A stretch of DNA of 64,000 bases, from contig OX597835.1 of the NCBI GenBank assembly GCA_951406725.2, positions 248,001-312,000 of the forward strand, read 5' to 3'. Both the position numbers and the translations under genes were made by a program. Numbering within the stretch: the first letter of the stretch is position 1; every line of letters starts with the position of its first letter. The notes under the pieces are model-generated. The model did not search any database and was not told where the DNA came from. It worked only from the letters and a program-made list of their open reading frames with translations. Shown here piece after piece: positions 1-13,236 of this stretch. This stretch comes from Octopus vulgaris. Its lineage: Eukaryota.

Positions 1-1125
1 GAAAATGCTTAGCACCATTTGTTCCAGCTCTTTCAGTTTTTTGTTCAAATCTCATCAAGGTCTGCTTTGCCATTCATCCCTCTGTCAAGTACTAACCACT
101 CTGAGGTGGTGGTCAACTGAATTGATAGGAAGTTGGGCATACTACTTTGCAGTATTTGTTCCAACACTTTATGGTCTGAGTGCCAAGATGACTATGGTGG
201 ACTTGTCCCTGTCCAGCTGACAAGCTGGTATCTTGTAAAAATATTAGAAAGAAGGCAACAGGAAAGCACTTAGGTTTTTCCCATGAAAATTCTAGGATAA
301 TAATACAGCCCTTGTCAAGGAAGTCACCAGGAACCATTTTAAAACCTGATGGCAGAGAGAGAGAGATGGATAAGAGTAATGGATATATTCTTTAAGGTCT
401 GTTAAGAATGGTTGAGTGCAATTTGAGGGAGATTTGCTGCTATTTCTGGTTGATCCAGTAACCATTTAGAGACTATCTTGCCTAGTATTAGAGATAGGCG
501 CTGTTGATTGTAGAAAGGAGGAGGGGAAATTGTGGGTGGTAATGTGATCGATGCGATATGGGGAAAATGTGTGAAGCAGAGAATCAGTGATCAGGTTGTA
601 GATCGACAACGGAATTTTTGATACTTAATATAGCATGTAAGGCTGTTCACACCATAAACCAAAAGTGAATATAACAAACACACACATATACATACATACA
701 TACGTATATACATATATATGTATGTATTAATGTTTGTGTGTGTGTGTCTGTATACACATACACAGACTCACATATATATATATCAATATATATATATATG
801 TATGTAAGTGTTTGAAATGGCTCTCAAGTCTTAGATCAAGTCGCCAGACAAGTACAACTCAGAAAAAAAAGAAAAGTTTTTTTATTCTTTTGTACTGACT
901 GAAGGTGACAGGGAGGAGGAGGAGGTAGTAGCAATTGTGTAATAAGTAACTTAGAGTTTATACCTGAGACACTGAAAAGAAGTAATTGAAAGCTCACACA
1001 TACGTACACATAAACAGGTCAAACCAGTGGCTCCGAACCATGTTTAGTCTACGCTCCTCCACTCCCCCTCTCACACATGCATTAACCATCTGTGTCCTGT
1101 GACTCTAATGCAAACTTATATCTGT

Positions 1126-1156
<31 letters not shown>

Positions 1157-1527
1157 TGCACACGCATACATGGTTTCTACTAATCTAGCAAGCAGACCCT
1201 GACAGAATTTCCATGCCCTGATTAGCAGCAATATAAAAGCTATTATTCAACATGAAACTCACTCTGGTATCCCTAAATTAGACTGCTTTACCCAGACAAT
1301 TCAAAGATTGGACTCCATGTAAATTCTCTTCTCCTCCTCCCCCACCTTCCCACACTCTCCTTTCATCTGTTCACACTTGCTCTCCATTGGTGAGTAACCT
1401 CCTCTCTTTCTTCAGCTCCAACAGAGAGGTGGATGCAGTTTATAAATAGGGACGAATGTTGGATTTGTTTGTTTTAATGCAGAATAAATGGACTTAAGGG
1501 ACAATTTTTAAAATTGGTCTCCTTGAA

Positions 1528-1823
1528 GCATGGCTGTGTGCTTAAGAAGTTTGCTTTGCAACTGCCTAGTTCCCAGTTCAGTTCCACTTGGGAAAGTATT
1601 TTCTGTTATACCTTCAAGTCGACTCATAGCATGTAATGAGAATTTGGCAGATGGAAATTGTAGAAGTCCATCATGTGTGTGTGTTTTATGTCCCTTTTTG
1701 TCCCATAATATAGCAGTTCAACTAATAGAAAATGATAAAATAGGTACTAATAGTGAGGTCAATAGGATGGACTAAACCCTTGTAAGAAGTGCCCTAGTTT
1801 GGCCATAAGCCAATGATTGAAAC
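1528..1823 (+). mobile_element. tRNA-derived SINE (family B: CORE-like block plus internal TA/TG microsatellite), old copy; mariner inserted in its 3' tail
   Basis: Head tggctgtgtgcttaagaagtttgc...agttcagttcc and body ttgggaaagt...ggcagatggaaattg match other family-B copies in the window. The tail 'gattgaaacta' resumes as 'tagaaaaaagagtaaaaga' after 3060. Confidence 0.7.
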
Positions 1824-1825
1824 TA

Positions 1826-3060
1826 TTGGGTTGGCAACTAAGTTCCCGCAGTTTTTTTTTTAATTTAAATTTTTTTAAAAGGTTTAATAAAAAATAACAA
1901 CTAATTAATCAATAATGTATTCACCCTTGTTGTTTACAACTTCCTCCCAACGGTTGACAAGATTTTCAATACCTCGTTGGTAGAAATCCCCCGATTTCGA
2001 CTTGAAAAATTGATCCAACCAAGCTCTCAATTCTGCATCAGTATTGAATGAAACACCATGCATAGCATTTGAAAGAGATCGAAAGAGGTGGAAATCCATT
2101 GGTGCCAAATCAGGAGAGTACGGCGAGTGTGGCAGCACTTCCCAGCCATGCGTTTGAATAGCATATTGGCAATGAGGGCAGGCGTTGTCGTGCAGCAAAA
2201 GAACTCCATGTTGCCAGTTGGTTCTTTTCTCTTGAATAGCCGTGTTGAGTTGTTCCATCTGTTGAACATAGAGTTCCGCGTGGACCGTTTGGTTCTGTTC
2301 AAGCAATTTGTAATGGATAATCCCTTCCCAGTCCCACCATACGCACAACATTGTTATACGCGGATGAAGATCTTGTTTCACGCACGATGTCGCTTGTTTA
2401 CCAGGGCTAAGCCATTCCTTACGCTGCTTCATATTGATGTACAGGCACCATTTTTCATTGCCAGTAACAATTCAGTAAAGAAATCGTTGAGTTGAGCGGT
2501 GACAAGCAAGCAGACCAGCAGAGATTGTGGCTTGTTGATTTTTGTTGTTATCACCTAAAGCATGCAGAACCCATGCTCCATACTTCTAAACCTTTCCCAT
2601 CGAGTGAAGATGCTTCTCTATAGCAGTGTGGGAGTATTCCATTTTCTCTGCCAGTTCCCTTGTTGTTTGTGCAAAAGTTGGTTTAATCGCTCTTCATTGA
2701 ACTCAACTGGACAACCAGAACAAGGTGCATCTTTGAGGTCAAAATTTCCATTTTTGAACTTGGCATACCAATCATGAGCAGTTCTTTCAGCTATGGCACC
2801 CTCTCCATACACAGCACAAATGTCACAAGCAGTTTTTGCAGCCTTAGAACCTTGATTAAAAGCGAAAAGAAGGTGTCGAAAATGCTCGTTCTTCTTAACT
2901 TGACATTCCATTTTAATGATCTGAAAATAAGCAAATATTAACTAAAATTAACTAGGAAAAAAAAAACAAAATATATTCCAAAATGATTCAAAAATAGAAT
3001 TCTTGAAAAAAATAGATTCCAAAATTTAAAAAAACGGTGGGAACTTAGTTGCCAACCCAA
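1826..3060 (-). mobile_element. Full-length Tc1/mariner DNA transposon (mellifera-subfamily-like), non-functional
   Basis: TIRs ttgggttggcaactaagttcccgcagtttttt (1826-) and aaaaaacggtgggaacttagttgccaacccaa (-3060). TA duplicated at 1824-1825 and 3061-3062. About 1.24 kb with internal transposase. Confidence 0.95.
1905..2911 (-). pseudogene. Mariner transposase pseudogene (HTH + D,D34D domain), frameshifted
   Basis: N-terminal MECQVKKNEHFRHLLFAF...WYAKFKNGNFDLKD (HTH). C-terminal MLCVWWDWEGIIHY, LLHDNA, HSPYSPDLAPMDFHLFRSL. First catalytic motif reads IVTGNEKW (D to N). Split over several frames. Confidence 0.92.
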
Positions 3061-3517
3061 TAGAAAAAAGAGTAAAAGAACAAATTTTCAGTGTTTTGAG
3101 ATATGTATGTAAATAGGTATATAGATATATATTTATACATGTTTTTAAAAATATAAGAGTGTATAAAATATTTTTATACACAAAGAGGAGACCATTGACA
3201 AGACTCCTTATATGCTAAAAAGGCCAATTAAAACCCAAACCATGTGAAAAGAGAATTCATGAGTCATGCCAATTATAACACTAGAACGAACAAAAAATTA
3301 GTTAATCCTCGAGATATACTTGCTGTTGTTTTCCTGATGGCACCCCTGTGACCCCATTGAGAGCCCATGGCACAGTATGGTCAAGCCTCAATTATAGTAT
3401 TGTCAATAGATTTTTTTATTTTATTTCTTGTGAAGCAAATCTTAGAGATTTTTTTTGTCTTTTATTTTTGGAGTAAATCTTCTTTGCTTTAAGCCATTTT
3501 AGTTTCATTTTGATTAA

Positions 3518-3733
3518 CCTCTTGGCATATTCAGCTCAGTTATTCTTCTTATTTTATGTTTGAACCAGCCAGATCTGACTTCTCACACCCACCCTTCTCT
3601 CACCCATTCTGAACATAAACAATCACCTTGTCAATATCTCAAAGTTGCAAGAAAAAGCATGATTAATTTAAAAAAAAGAGAATAAATAACTAAATAACCA
3701 CTACATTTGGTGGAGTAATCTAAATGGTAAAGA
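3518..3733. mobile_element. Degenerate copy of the ~220-bp TTAA-flanked piggyBac-like MITE
   Basis: ttaa-cctcttggcat start; internal aaccagccagatctgacttctcacaccc is shared with the copy at 55889. Confidence 0.5.
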
Positions 3734-5179
3734 CTGTCTTCATTGATCCTGTGATTCATGTTATTCTGCTGTAGAATTGCTTATCATGGACGAGAGAGCT
3801 TCTGCATGATCATTCGACCGACTGGGTATTGTAACCACATTTCCTTCAAATGACACCCTACCCTAAATATGACAAGGAGCAACACAGTCAGTAATAATGT
3901 TATTTGACACACTATACCTTTAAAAAATGGATGATACGGTCGTAGCTGTAATCCTTTTAAATGTAAAGTTGGCTTAACTAGGGCTAATATGGAGTTAAGC
4001 AACTCCAGCATACACACAATCAAATTTTCCTTTGAAAATGTCTGCTGGTAATTTCTGGAAATTTCAGCTTATGAATATTATCTGAATCTTTATCAATCAA
4101 TCAGTATTTTATTTATCTCATAGAAGTGAGATAAATAATCAACTGTTTAATTTTTTTTCTCTATTCAATATTAACTGTCGAAGGGAACTGAGGAGTAGTT
4201 ATTCCTGTGGACCTCTGGGAAAGGGGTAAGTTCATGATTTCTCTAAGGTCTTATTGACTTATGTGAATCAAAGAGATGAAACTACACCATGAACAAAATA
4301 GCCTTTCCCCCTTAGGCACTTAACACACATCGGCTTTCTTTCTTGTTTTTCTTTTTTCATGTCAAGGATTAATTTAGTTAATTCAATCAAAATGTATGTA
4401 TTAATCTTTAGTTCAGTCTCTATAACAGAAAGGGAAAAGCCATTAGACAAATGGTGTGATTTTATTTGATATTTTCCACACTTATTCCTAGACTTACACC
4501 ATTTTTTTCTTAACAGGAAACATTTCCATTGTTTTTCTTTTTTTTTTCTTTTTTTAAACTCCAAATCAATCCTGAAAGAGCAGATAGATCAATGATCAAA
4601 CCCATTCCAACCATGACCTTCCTGTCTCTTATGATTCAGACATAGTGTACCTATAGCTACATTATTTATGTGGCTCACCTCTTTTTGTGGTTTGGAAGTT
4701 TTAACTATTATTTCTAGAAGGTTAGCAACCATGTAGAGCCTTCCAGATTTGTTCACCCTTCTCCTGTTGTTGGTAGCACAAGAAATTAACAAAGCATTTG
4801 TAAGAGCTATTCCCTAAATTCCAATTAAAACATTCTTTTAAAATGTTAGCGAGACTGTCATTCTTAAAGAAATTACTTCTAAGTATAGCCTTTACCTACA
4901 ATTTAAGTTGATTGGATTGGGTTAGATCTGCGTGTGTTCAGTCTACAGCAGGATGAATACCTCAGCATGTTCTCTCCACCAACCATGCTTTCACTTGGAA
5001 GCTGTGGATTTCAGGTTTAGGCCACACTGGCGGGGCCGGATTAAGACTCATCCTAAGCACTTAAAAGTTTCCTCCTACTTTTTTGAATTGCAAAGTCTTT
5101 GATCAGATCCTCAAAATTAATCTTGGGTAAGACATCTGCATCTATACTTATTAGAAATCAAGGCATCCTGAATATTAAT

Positions 5180-6130
5180 TTAGCAAGTTTGGTCATTTCC
5201 TCGGTGAGACCTAAAGTTCGAAGGTTGTGCTTCACCACCTCGTCCCAGGTTTTCCCGGGTCTACCTCTTCCACAGGTTCCCTCAACCGCTAGGGTGTGGC
5301 GCTTTTTCACACAACTATCTTCATCCATTCTTGTCACATGACTATACCAGCGCAAATGTCTCTCTTGCACACCACAACTGATGCTTCTTAGGTCCAACTT
5401 TTCTCTCAAGGTACTTACACTCTGTTGAGTATGAACACTGACATTACACATCCATCGGAGCATACTGGCTTCATTTCTTGCGAGCTTACGCATATCCTCA
5501 GCAGTCACGGCCCAAGTTTCACTACCATGTAGCATGGCTGTTCATACACATGCGTCATACAGTCTGCCTTTTACTCTGAGTGAGAGGCCTTTTGTCACCA
5601 GCAGAGGTAAGAGCTCTCTGAACTTTGCCCAGGCTATTCTTTAGCAGTTACACTTTCGGCACACCCGCCCCCCATCACTGACTTGGTCACCTAGGTAATG
5701 GAAGCTATCAACTATTTCTAGTTTTTCTCCCTGGAATGTGGCAGAAGTTGGTCTCTGAGCATTTTCAGTGTTTATTGCTCCTGAGCATCTGCCACATACA
5801 AAAACTATCTTCCCAGTTAGCCTTCCTTTGACATTGCTGCACCTCTTATGTGTCCATAGCTTACACTTGGTGCATCTTAAAGAATTTCTACCTATGCCTT
5901 TTCTACAGATCGAGCAGGGCCATCTACCTGAAGGCGTTTGTGATTTGCCTGCCTTCCTACGTATTAGGACTTTGGTTTTAGCTAGGTTGATTTTAAGGCC
6001 CTTCGATTCTAATCCTTGTCTCCACACTTGAAACTTTGCCTCTAGTTCTGATAGTGACTCAGCAATTAGGAGCAAGGTCATCAGCATATAGGAGCTCCCA
6101 GGGGCATCCTGTCTTGAATTCCTCTGTTAT
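5180..6130 (-). mobile_element. RTE-clade-like LINE fragment: reverse-transcriptase C-terminal half with Cys-rich zinc-finger insert
   Basis: Minus strand reads EEFKTGCPWELLYADDL (YADD motif, ~6075-6125), ESKGLKINLAKTK, CSICRKG..CTKCKLWTHKRC..CGRC, FHYLGD, MLHGSETW, LRWYSHV, RGRPGKTW. Frameshifted and 5'-truncated. Confidence 0.9.
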
Positions 6131-7343
6131 CAATAAGGGATTATCCTGTAGTGATTAAAAGGGATACAGGACAAGTAATATAGGACAATATTTAAAACTT
6201 TCTCAAGGGTTGTTCGCTATTCAAGAAAGTGCAGTGAGTTAAGCCACAAGCTGGGGTAATATAGCAACATTAAAGAGGTTGCCAAACGAGTCCTCAACAG
6301 TTTCTCGTTATACAGGTCAATTTATATTCTCTTTGTTGTAGTTAATGAAGATAATGCTGCACACTGACCTATGCCAGACAGACAAACTGTATGGACAAAT
6401 GGTTTCTTGTAAGGTGTGTGTGTGTGTGTATGTATATAAATCTATATACATGTACTTGTGTGTGTGTGTGCAAACTTATGTATATATAAGTGAATACATA
6501 TTCATATGTGTGTATGCATGAGTATGTGCATGTGTATGTGTGTGCATATGTATCTATGTGTGTATATGCGAACATCCATTTATTAGATTTGAGAGAGAGA
6601 GAGAGAGCTCAGTGCCATCATAGAGTATAATTAGTGTAATTGAGTGACATAAAAAATATATATCTAAACATGTATACTGCCCAAAATCAATATGGACTCT
6701 GTGTGAGTGCTTATACATATTGTACTTTTTACAGTGTTTCTGTTGTGTTTGAAGGCCAACATAAAATATTTGTACCTGAGTGACACAAAACAAATGCTTC
6801 TCATTAGAAGATGATTTTGACATGCTCAGACATGCCTTGTTGTTGTTGATGATGATGATGTAGCATTGGAGGAGAGATGAACACACATGCATGCTCACAT
6901 CAAGTTGATGGTGGATGAGTTATTTCACTCAAGAGCAAAAGTGTCAGGTTCAATTCCACATAAGAATTGAAATTTCACTTATATTTAAAAAGGAAAATGT
7001 TACTAATAAACTTCAAATAACCAAATTTCCATCAAATTACACATTTCCTTCAAATGGATGAGATGGTCGAAGTTGGAATTCATTAAAGTATAAGGTCAGC
7101 TTAAATAGGGTTGAAATAAACTTAAAAGAACTGTATTAAAAGGACATTTTCAAATATTTTGTGCTAGTGAGTCACAGATGGTCAAAATATCAGCAGAGAC
7201 ATTGCTGTCAGGGTGTCATCCTTGATCCACAGATGGTCAAAGTACCCTCTTTAAGTCACAGATAGTAAGCTATTATTCAAGAGAGTCACAAATGGTTAAT
7301 ATCCTATTAAGTCACAAGTTGTTAATACAATAACCTTATAGTA

Positions 7344-8110
7344 AAGGGAATGAGCTGGCAGAATCATTAGCGTGCTGCCAGGGAAAATGCTTAGCAGCAT
7401 TTCATTTCTCTTTACAATCTGAGTTCAAATTCCACCAGAGTCAACTTTTCCTTTCATCCTTTTGGGATCGATAGAATGAGTACTAGTTGGACACCGTAGT
7501 TGTGTTTCTTAACACTTAAAACAAGCAGGGTTAAGCTTCAGTATATTGTGGTAAGTCTCAGAAACAAAGTTAAGGATATCTTTGCTTTTGCCTCGAGTCA
7601 TCAATTCTTTAATGGAGTTGTAGGAACACTATTGGAATGTACAATGTGTTCTTGACATTTCCAGACCTTGCAAAGCCCAACTCTCTCTCTCTCTCTCTAG
7701 CTGTAGCTGTGACTTAGCCAACTTCTTCCAAAAATAAAGAAAGGAGAATTGGCTCAGCACAGGATTGGTACTTTATCGATTGACCCTGAAAAGTTGAAAG
7801 GTAAAGTTGACCTTTATGGGATTTGAACCCAGTCAGAATAATTACTACAAAGCAATCTATTCAATCCTCTTATACTCTCTCAGTTGGCCGTCTTATTTAT
7901 CAAATTAAATCTTGTACTCTGTATACAATGCTAAAGGCAGTGTGCTGACAGAATCATTGGTATGCCAGGCAAAGACTTTGCAGCATTTCGTCTGTCTTAA
8001 TGCTCTGAGTTCGAATTCTGCCAAGTTCAACTTTGCCTTTCATTGGGGGTGATGTAATCAACTTACACCCACCCCTGGGATTACTGGCCCTGTGACAAAA
8101 TTTGAAAGCT
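7344..8110. mobile_element. Family-A SINE copies (+ at 7344-7500 and 7933-8110; - fragment at ~7765-7850)
   Basis: Head gagctggcagaatc(g/a)ttagc...aaaatgcttagc...tctgagttcaaattc, then body gtcaactttgcctttcatcctttt...gtaccag. Confidence 0.75.
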
Positions 8111-10177
8111 ATATGTATACAATGCTATGTTTTATTTTTACATTAAAGTTAATGTCACAGAAGTGCTCAATACATTTAGATAGAGCTAATTAAAATATGT
8201 GAACAGTTAAAATAGCTAGGTTCGGATGAAGCTATAAGATGTTACTCAGGCACTCAACTATGAATCTACCACATCTTATCACAGAAACAGCTGTATGCTA
8301 ATAAAATTCATAAGATAATCTTATGAATTTACTTATTTTTCTTATAATGCACAGATATTAAAATAAATATCAAAAAGAGACTAAGTCTGTTTATGTATTC
8401 ACTTTCATAAATGATGTAATTTACATTATTTTACCTTTCACTTGTTTCAGTCGTTGGAGATGCTGGGACACCACCTCTACAATTATGTCTTCACTTAATT
8501 CCTTTTTCTAAGATTAAGATCTCTGTTTTATTTACTTATTTTTTATGTTGATCTGTTATGTATTTAATAAGTTGTAGAGTTGTTGGTGCCAGAATCAATA
8601 AGATACTGGTTTAGTCAGGTGAAGCATTAATGGCTCTTATCCAAGCCTATGATGTAGCCATGCCCCTTTCCTCACTTTTGTGATATAAATATATTCTAAA
8701 CTCTAAGAGTTTTTTAAGAGGCTGGTTCTTAGTTGCAGTTTGAATGCTATTAAAAAAAGAAAAAAAAAACACAGTTAGATGTAAGGTGTGTTTCACTCTG
8801 GGATAGGAGTGGGTGAATTACCCAATCACAAATGGCATCACCCAGTCCTTCCTTTCTAAACCATCAAGCCTCTGGAATACTCACCTTGTCCTCTTTTAAC
8901 ATTTTTTTTTCATTTACTTATTTATTTGCCACCACCACTTCCAGCTATTCAAATGAAACATTTACAAAATTGATCTCTAGCCACAAACAAGGCTGCATGG
9001 TCAAAAATTTGTTTCCTAACCACGTGGTCAAGATTGGAAGGCAAACTTCTTAAAGCATGTAGCCACAGTAGAAGGCACCTGGCCAAGATTCCACTATGTG
9101 GCAACTTTTCCCCTGTGACTTCTACTAATATCCCTGGGTTGACTAACACCTTGTGAGTAGACAGAAAATGAAAGGCAACCTATGTGTGTGTGTATGTGTT
9201 TCTGTCTCCTCTTGACATCACAAGTGTGTGTGTAAAGAAAAAATTTTAATTATTCCATAGTCTTTGATTGCCAGTTGAATTGAAGTAATGTAAAATGTGC
9301 TGCTTAAACTTAATACAATGAAATAACTACTGCTGCAGTGGATTTGAAATCAAGATCTTTGGACTGGTAGTGTAATACTGTAACCATTTGGCTATTTCCT
9401 TTGTACTAAAAGAAAGCAATATTAAAAGCTTGACTGTCTGGAAATATTTTTATAAATTTGTGTTCTAAGAAATTGCCTATAATTTCGATTTCTGAAGTTT
9501 ATTGAATTGTCTTAACTCCAAATTCTCACAAATTTAAATATTCATTGAATTCACTGCGTTCAATTCTTCATGAATTTAAATATTCATTGCATTCACTGCG
9601 GAGTAGATTTTAATGTTTAATAATAGACACAATTAATTCATTGCAGGCAACATTTTACATTTTTATTTACATCAGTCTCTCTTTCTTGCTCTCCCCTATT
9701 TTCATTAATAATAATTTAATAACAACATTCTGAGTTCAAATACTACCGAGGTCAGCTTTGCCTTTCATCCTTTCAGGGTCGATAAAATAAGTACCAGTTA
9801 AGTATTGAGATCAATGTAATTGATTTATCTCTTTCCTAAACTTGCTGGTCTTGTGCCAAATGTTGAAATCTATATTTCAGGATGGTCATCTTTTTTTTTG
9901 TCAACTAATTACATGCGCTATATGTTCATTCTTCACTCATTTATTATTGTTCTTGTTTTATATGTCCATTGTCTGGAAATCTTTCATCACACATCTGTGA
10001 CCTCTTCAGCAACCCTTTCCATACACGTGTATCCTCCTGCTCTGCCTAGTCCATATCATAACACTAAAAGGAAATCAGTTTGTATTAATTACAAGTATGC
10101 ATTGTACATGAGTGTGTAATTAAACACACACACACACACACATATAGTAATATATATATATATATTTTTTTCTTTTT

Positions 10178-10575
10178 TTACTTGTTTCAGTCATTTTGAC
10201 TGCGGCCATGCTGGTGCACTGCCATTAATCGAGCAACTCGACCCCGGGACATATTCTTTGTAAGCCCAGTACTTATTCTATAGGTCTCTTTTGCCGAACC
10301 GCTAAGTGACGAGGACATCAGCATCAGTTGTCACCAGCATCAGTTGTCAAGCAATGCTAGGGGGACAAACATAGACACACAAACATACACGCACATACAT
10401 ATATATACATATATACAATGGGCTTCTTTCAGTTTTCGTCTACCAGATCTACTCACAAGGCTTTGGTCGGCCCGAGGCTATAGTAGAAGACACTTGCCCA
10501 AGGTGCCATGCAGTGAGACTGAACCCGGAACCATGTGGTTGGTAAACAAGCTACTTACCACACAGCCACTCCTGC
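10178..10575 (-). mobile_element. Family-B tRNA-derived SINE, near full length
   Basis: Reverse complement gives aggagtggctgtgtggtaagtagcttg...ggttccgggttcagtc...accttgggcaagtgtc..., internal TA/TG tract, and tail cagcatggccgcagtcaaaatgactgaaacaagtaaa. Confidence 0.9.
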
Positions 10576-10724
10576 ACCTATATATATAAATAGTTTAACA
10601 CTTTGCTATAATAATAATAATAATAATGATAATAATAATAATAATAATAATATACCACAAAGCATTTTGTCCAGCATGCTAATGATTCTGCCAGCTTACC
10701 GACTTAATGATAATAATAATAATA

Positions 10725-11090
10725 ATCCTTTCTAATATAGGCACAAGGCCTGAAATTTTCAGGGAAATTATAAGTCAATTACATCAACCCCAGAACTCAA
10801 TTGGTACTTAATTTATCGACTCTGAAAGGATGAAAGGCAAAGTCAACCTCGGCAGAATTTAAAATCAGAATGTAGTGATGGGCGAAATATTGCTAAGCAT
10901 TTCACTTGGCATGCTAGCGATCTTTCCAGTTCACCAGGCACAACGCCTGTTATTTTGGGGGAAGGGATATGTCAATTACATTTACCCCAGTTTTCGCCTG
11001 GTACTTATTTTATCGACCCTGAAAGGGTGAAAGGCAAAGTTGACCTCAGCAGAATTTGAATTTTACCGATGGACAAAATGCCACTAAGCA
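10725..11090 (-). mobile_element. Two family-A SINEs in tandem after (AAT)n
   Basis: Repeated ggcacaaggcctgaaatttt...ggtacttaatttatcgac...gaaaggatgaaaggcaaagtcaacctc motif. Confidence 0.8.
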
Positions 11091-12264
11091 GTCCCAGGTC
11101 AGCTCCACTATTAATTAGTCTTGGTCATCTCTGCTAATATCTCAAATCACATCAGGATGTATATATCCTAGGTCTCTCCCTCTCCCGCTTCTCTCTAAGT
11201 TTCAATTGGGCTAATCATACAGATGATTTAGAAGCAAAACACGCAATTGGCTATTATAAATATTTATTATCTTGTGTGACATAATAAATATTGATCAATT
11301 GATTGATTGATTTAAAAAGCAGTTGTTAGAAAGTTGCAAACATAACTGAAAGTGGCAGAAGTCCTTCAGTGATACGGATGATGGACAATAAAGGACGATT
11401 GAGTTCCTGCTCCATTTTAGGGTTTTCTCATCAATCAAAGACAGCTTCTTACTCGCTCGCTTTAACAAAATCTCTTCATTTCGTTGACAAAAGAATGTGT
11501 AGAGTTTATTACAAGACAACATAATTTGGTGAAAACGTATTTTTGGAAAAAAAAAATGTTTTTAATCTTTTTCTCCTTGCTCCCTCCTCCTTCTCTTCCT
11601 TTTTTCTTCTTTCTCTCTCTCTCTCTCCCTCTGTCTCTCTCATGCCACCATTGCTCTCAAGTTTTCCATTGTTTTTAAGCGATACGACTATGAGTGGTTT
11701 CTAAAAATACCAATCTTACATATTGGTATTGATTTCTTGTTTGGTGCTGTGCTAGAGGCCACATCTCAGGAGTTGGATATATTACAACAACAACAAGATC
11801 AGCAGCAACAGCACTACCACCACCACCACCACCATCCCCACCACGCTGCCAGCAGCTCTATAACCCCCGCTACCACCAGCAGAAAATATGTCATTTATAG
11901 AAATGTAAATCATTTCAGTTTTCCATTCAGTCAATAATGAATTCACATACAAACTTTCTAATTCATCTTCTGTAATGTTAAGGGGTGAGTGGGGAGGGTT
12001 GAGGTGGACTTTTTTGTTGTTTTTTTTTATCAGTGTCTAATACAGATATTGGGTAATGTTTTATTTATAAAGTTTGAATTTTTTTATTTTATTTAATTCA
12101 CTTTATTTAGGATGTAACGCCCACCTACCTTTTACACCCAGTAAAATCTTGCTCTGACCATTTAGAAATACCAATAATCATTATTGCTTTGTTTTAAATT
12201 CAAATCAATTGCCAATAGAATACTTTCTCCCATATTTGTAATCGCCCAAAATCAAATCAACTTT

Positions 12265-12610
12265 AATTGTTCACCAATTTGACTGTTCACTCCTTTGAGT
12301 GTTCACCTTTTGACTGCTCACATTGTTGACTGTTTATCTTTTCAATTGTTCATCTTATAGATTGTTTACTGTTCTTACTTCTGTTCACCTTTCCTATGTG
12401 TTTGGCTGTTTATTTATTAATTTTTTTGTCTGTTAATTTTTATAGAATGTTTACCTCCCACTTGTACATCACTTTTACTGTTCACCTTTCTCATCCCTGG
12501 TTGATTAGCTTTTTGTTTATTTAACTCGTTTGATCATCGTTATTCTTTGACCTTACTTTGTTCATCTTTTGATTGTACATCTTTTATACAGGTCACACCT
12601 TTAACTCTTC
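12265..12610. repeat. Degenerate ~16-17-bp minisatellite (tgttcacctyttgac)
   Basis: tgttcac / tgtttac / tgttcat cores recur at roughly 16-17-bp spacing. Confidence 0.55.
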
Positions 12611-12664
12611 TTCTTTAATAATATTTGATTGTGTCTAAAATCTTTGATTGTGTCTTATGATATG

Positions 12665-12965
12665 TTTATTATAACCCTTTCATGCTTTTTATGTGCCACT
12701 GGCATGGGTTCATCTACGTAACACTGACATGGGTGCATTAACGTAACCCACACCAGTACTGCATTAATACACCTGTGCCAGTGGCACATAAGAAGCACCC
12801 AGCATACTCTGTTTAAGTGGTTGGCATTAGGCGGGGCATCCAACTGTAGAAATCATGTCACAACAGACGGTTGGAGTTTAGACAGCTCCCAGTTAGCCAT
12901 CTCCGTGTCAAACAGTCCAACCCATCCATGCCAGCATGGAAAGAGGATGCTGAATGATGATGAAC
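12665..12965 (+). mobile_element. Family-C retroposon 3' fragment with (GAT)n tail (RTE-related)
   Basis: gtggcac(a/g)taa..gcaccc..gtggttggcattagg..gggcatcca..ccatgccagcatggaaag..tgatgatga, shared with copies at 18835, 36290, 38442, 49835, 50137, 54797 and 61350. Confidence 0.7.
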
Positions 12966-13236
12966 TACCATTATCATTAGTTTAGCATCTAAAATATAAG
13001 TTAAATGAAAATTTTTATGGAAGTGAATTTCAGTAGTAATGGAAAAGTTAAATGCTTCATGGCCAGGAATTCTGTTCATCGACAATAACTTGTTTTTGGT
13101 AGATTATATGAAAATAAATCCATTGACACCTCAGTTTATCTTTTCATTGCCATATTCCTGTTGAAATAAACTTTGTTTCAATTAATTTTTAAAATAATGG
13201 AAAGCTCAAGAAAATAACTTTGTCATATTATCAAGG

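Noticed and set aside
9531-9600. 28-bp direct repeat aatttaaatattcattg(a/c)attcactgcg x2
   Set aside because: Simple local duplication with no further structure.
11737-11937. Gln/His-rich ORF as a transcription-factor exon
   Set aside because: Only CAA/CAC microsatellites; no domain or convincing splice sites.
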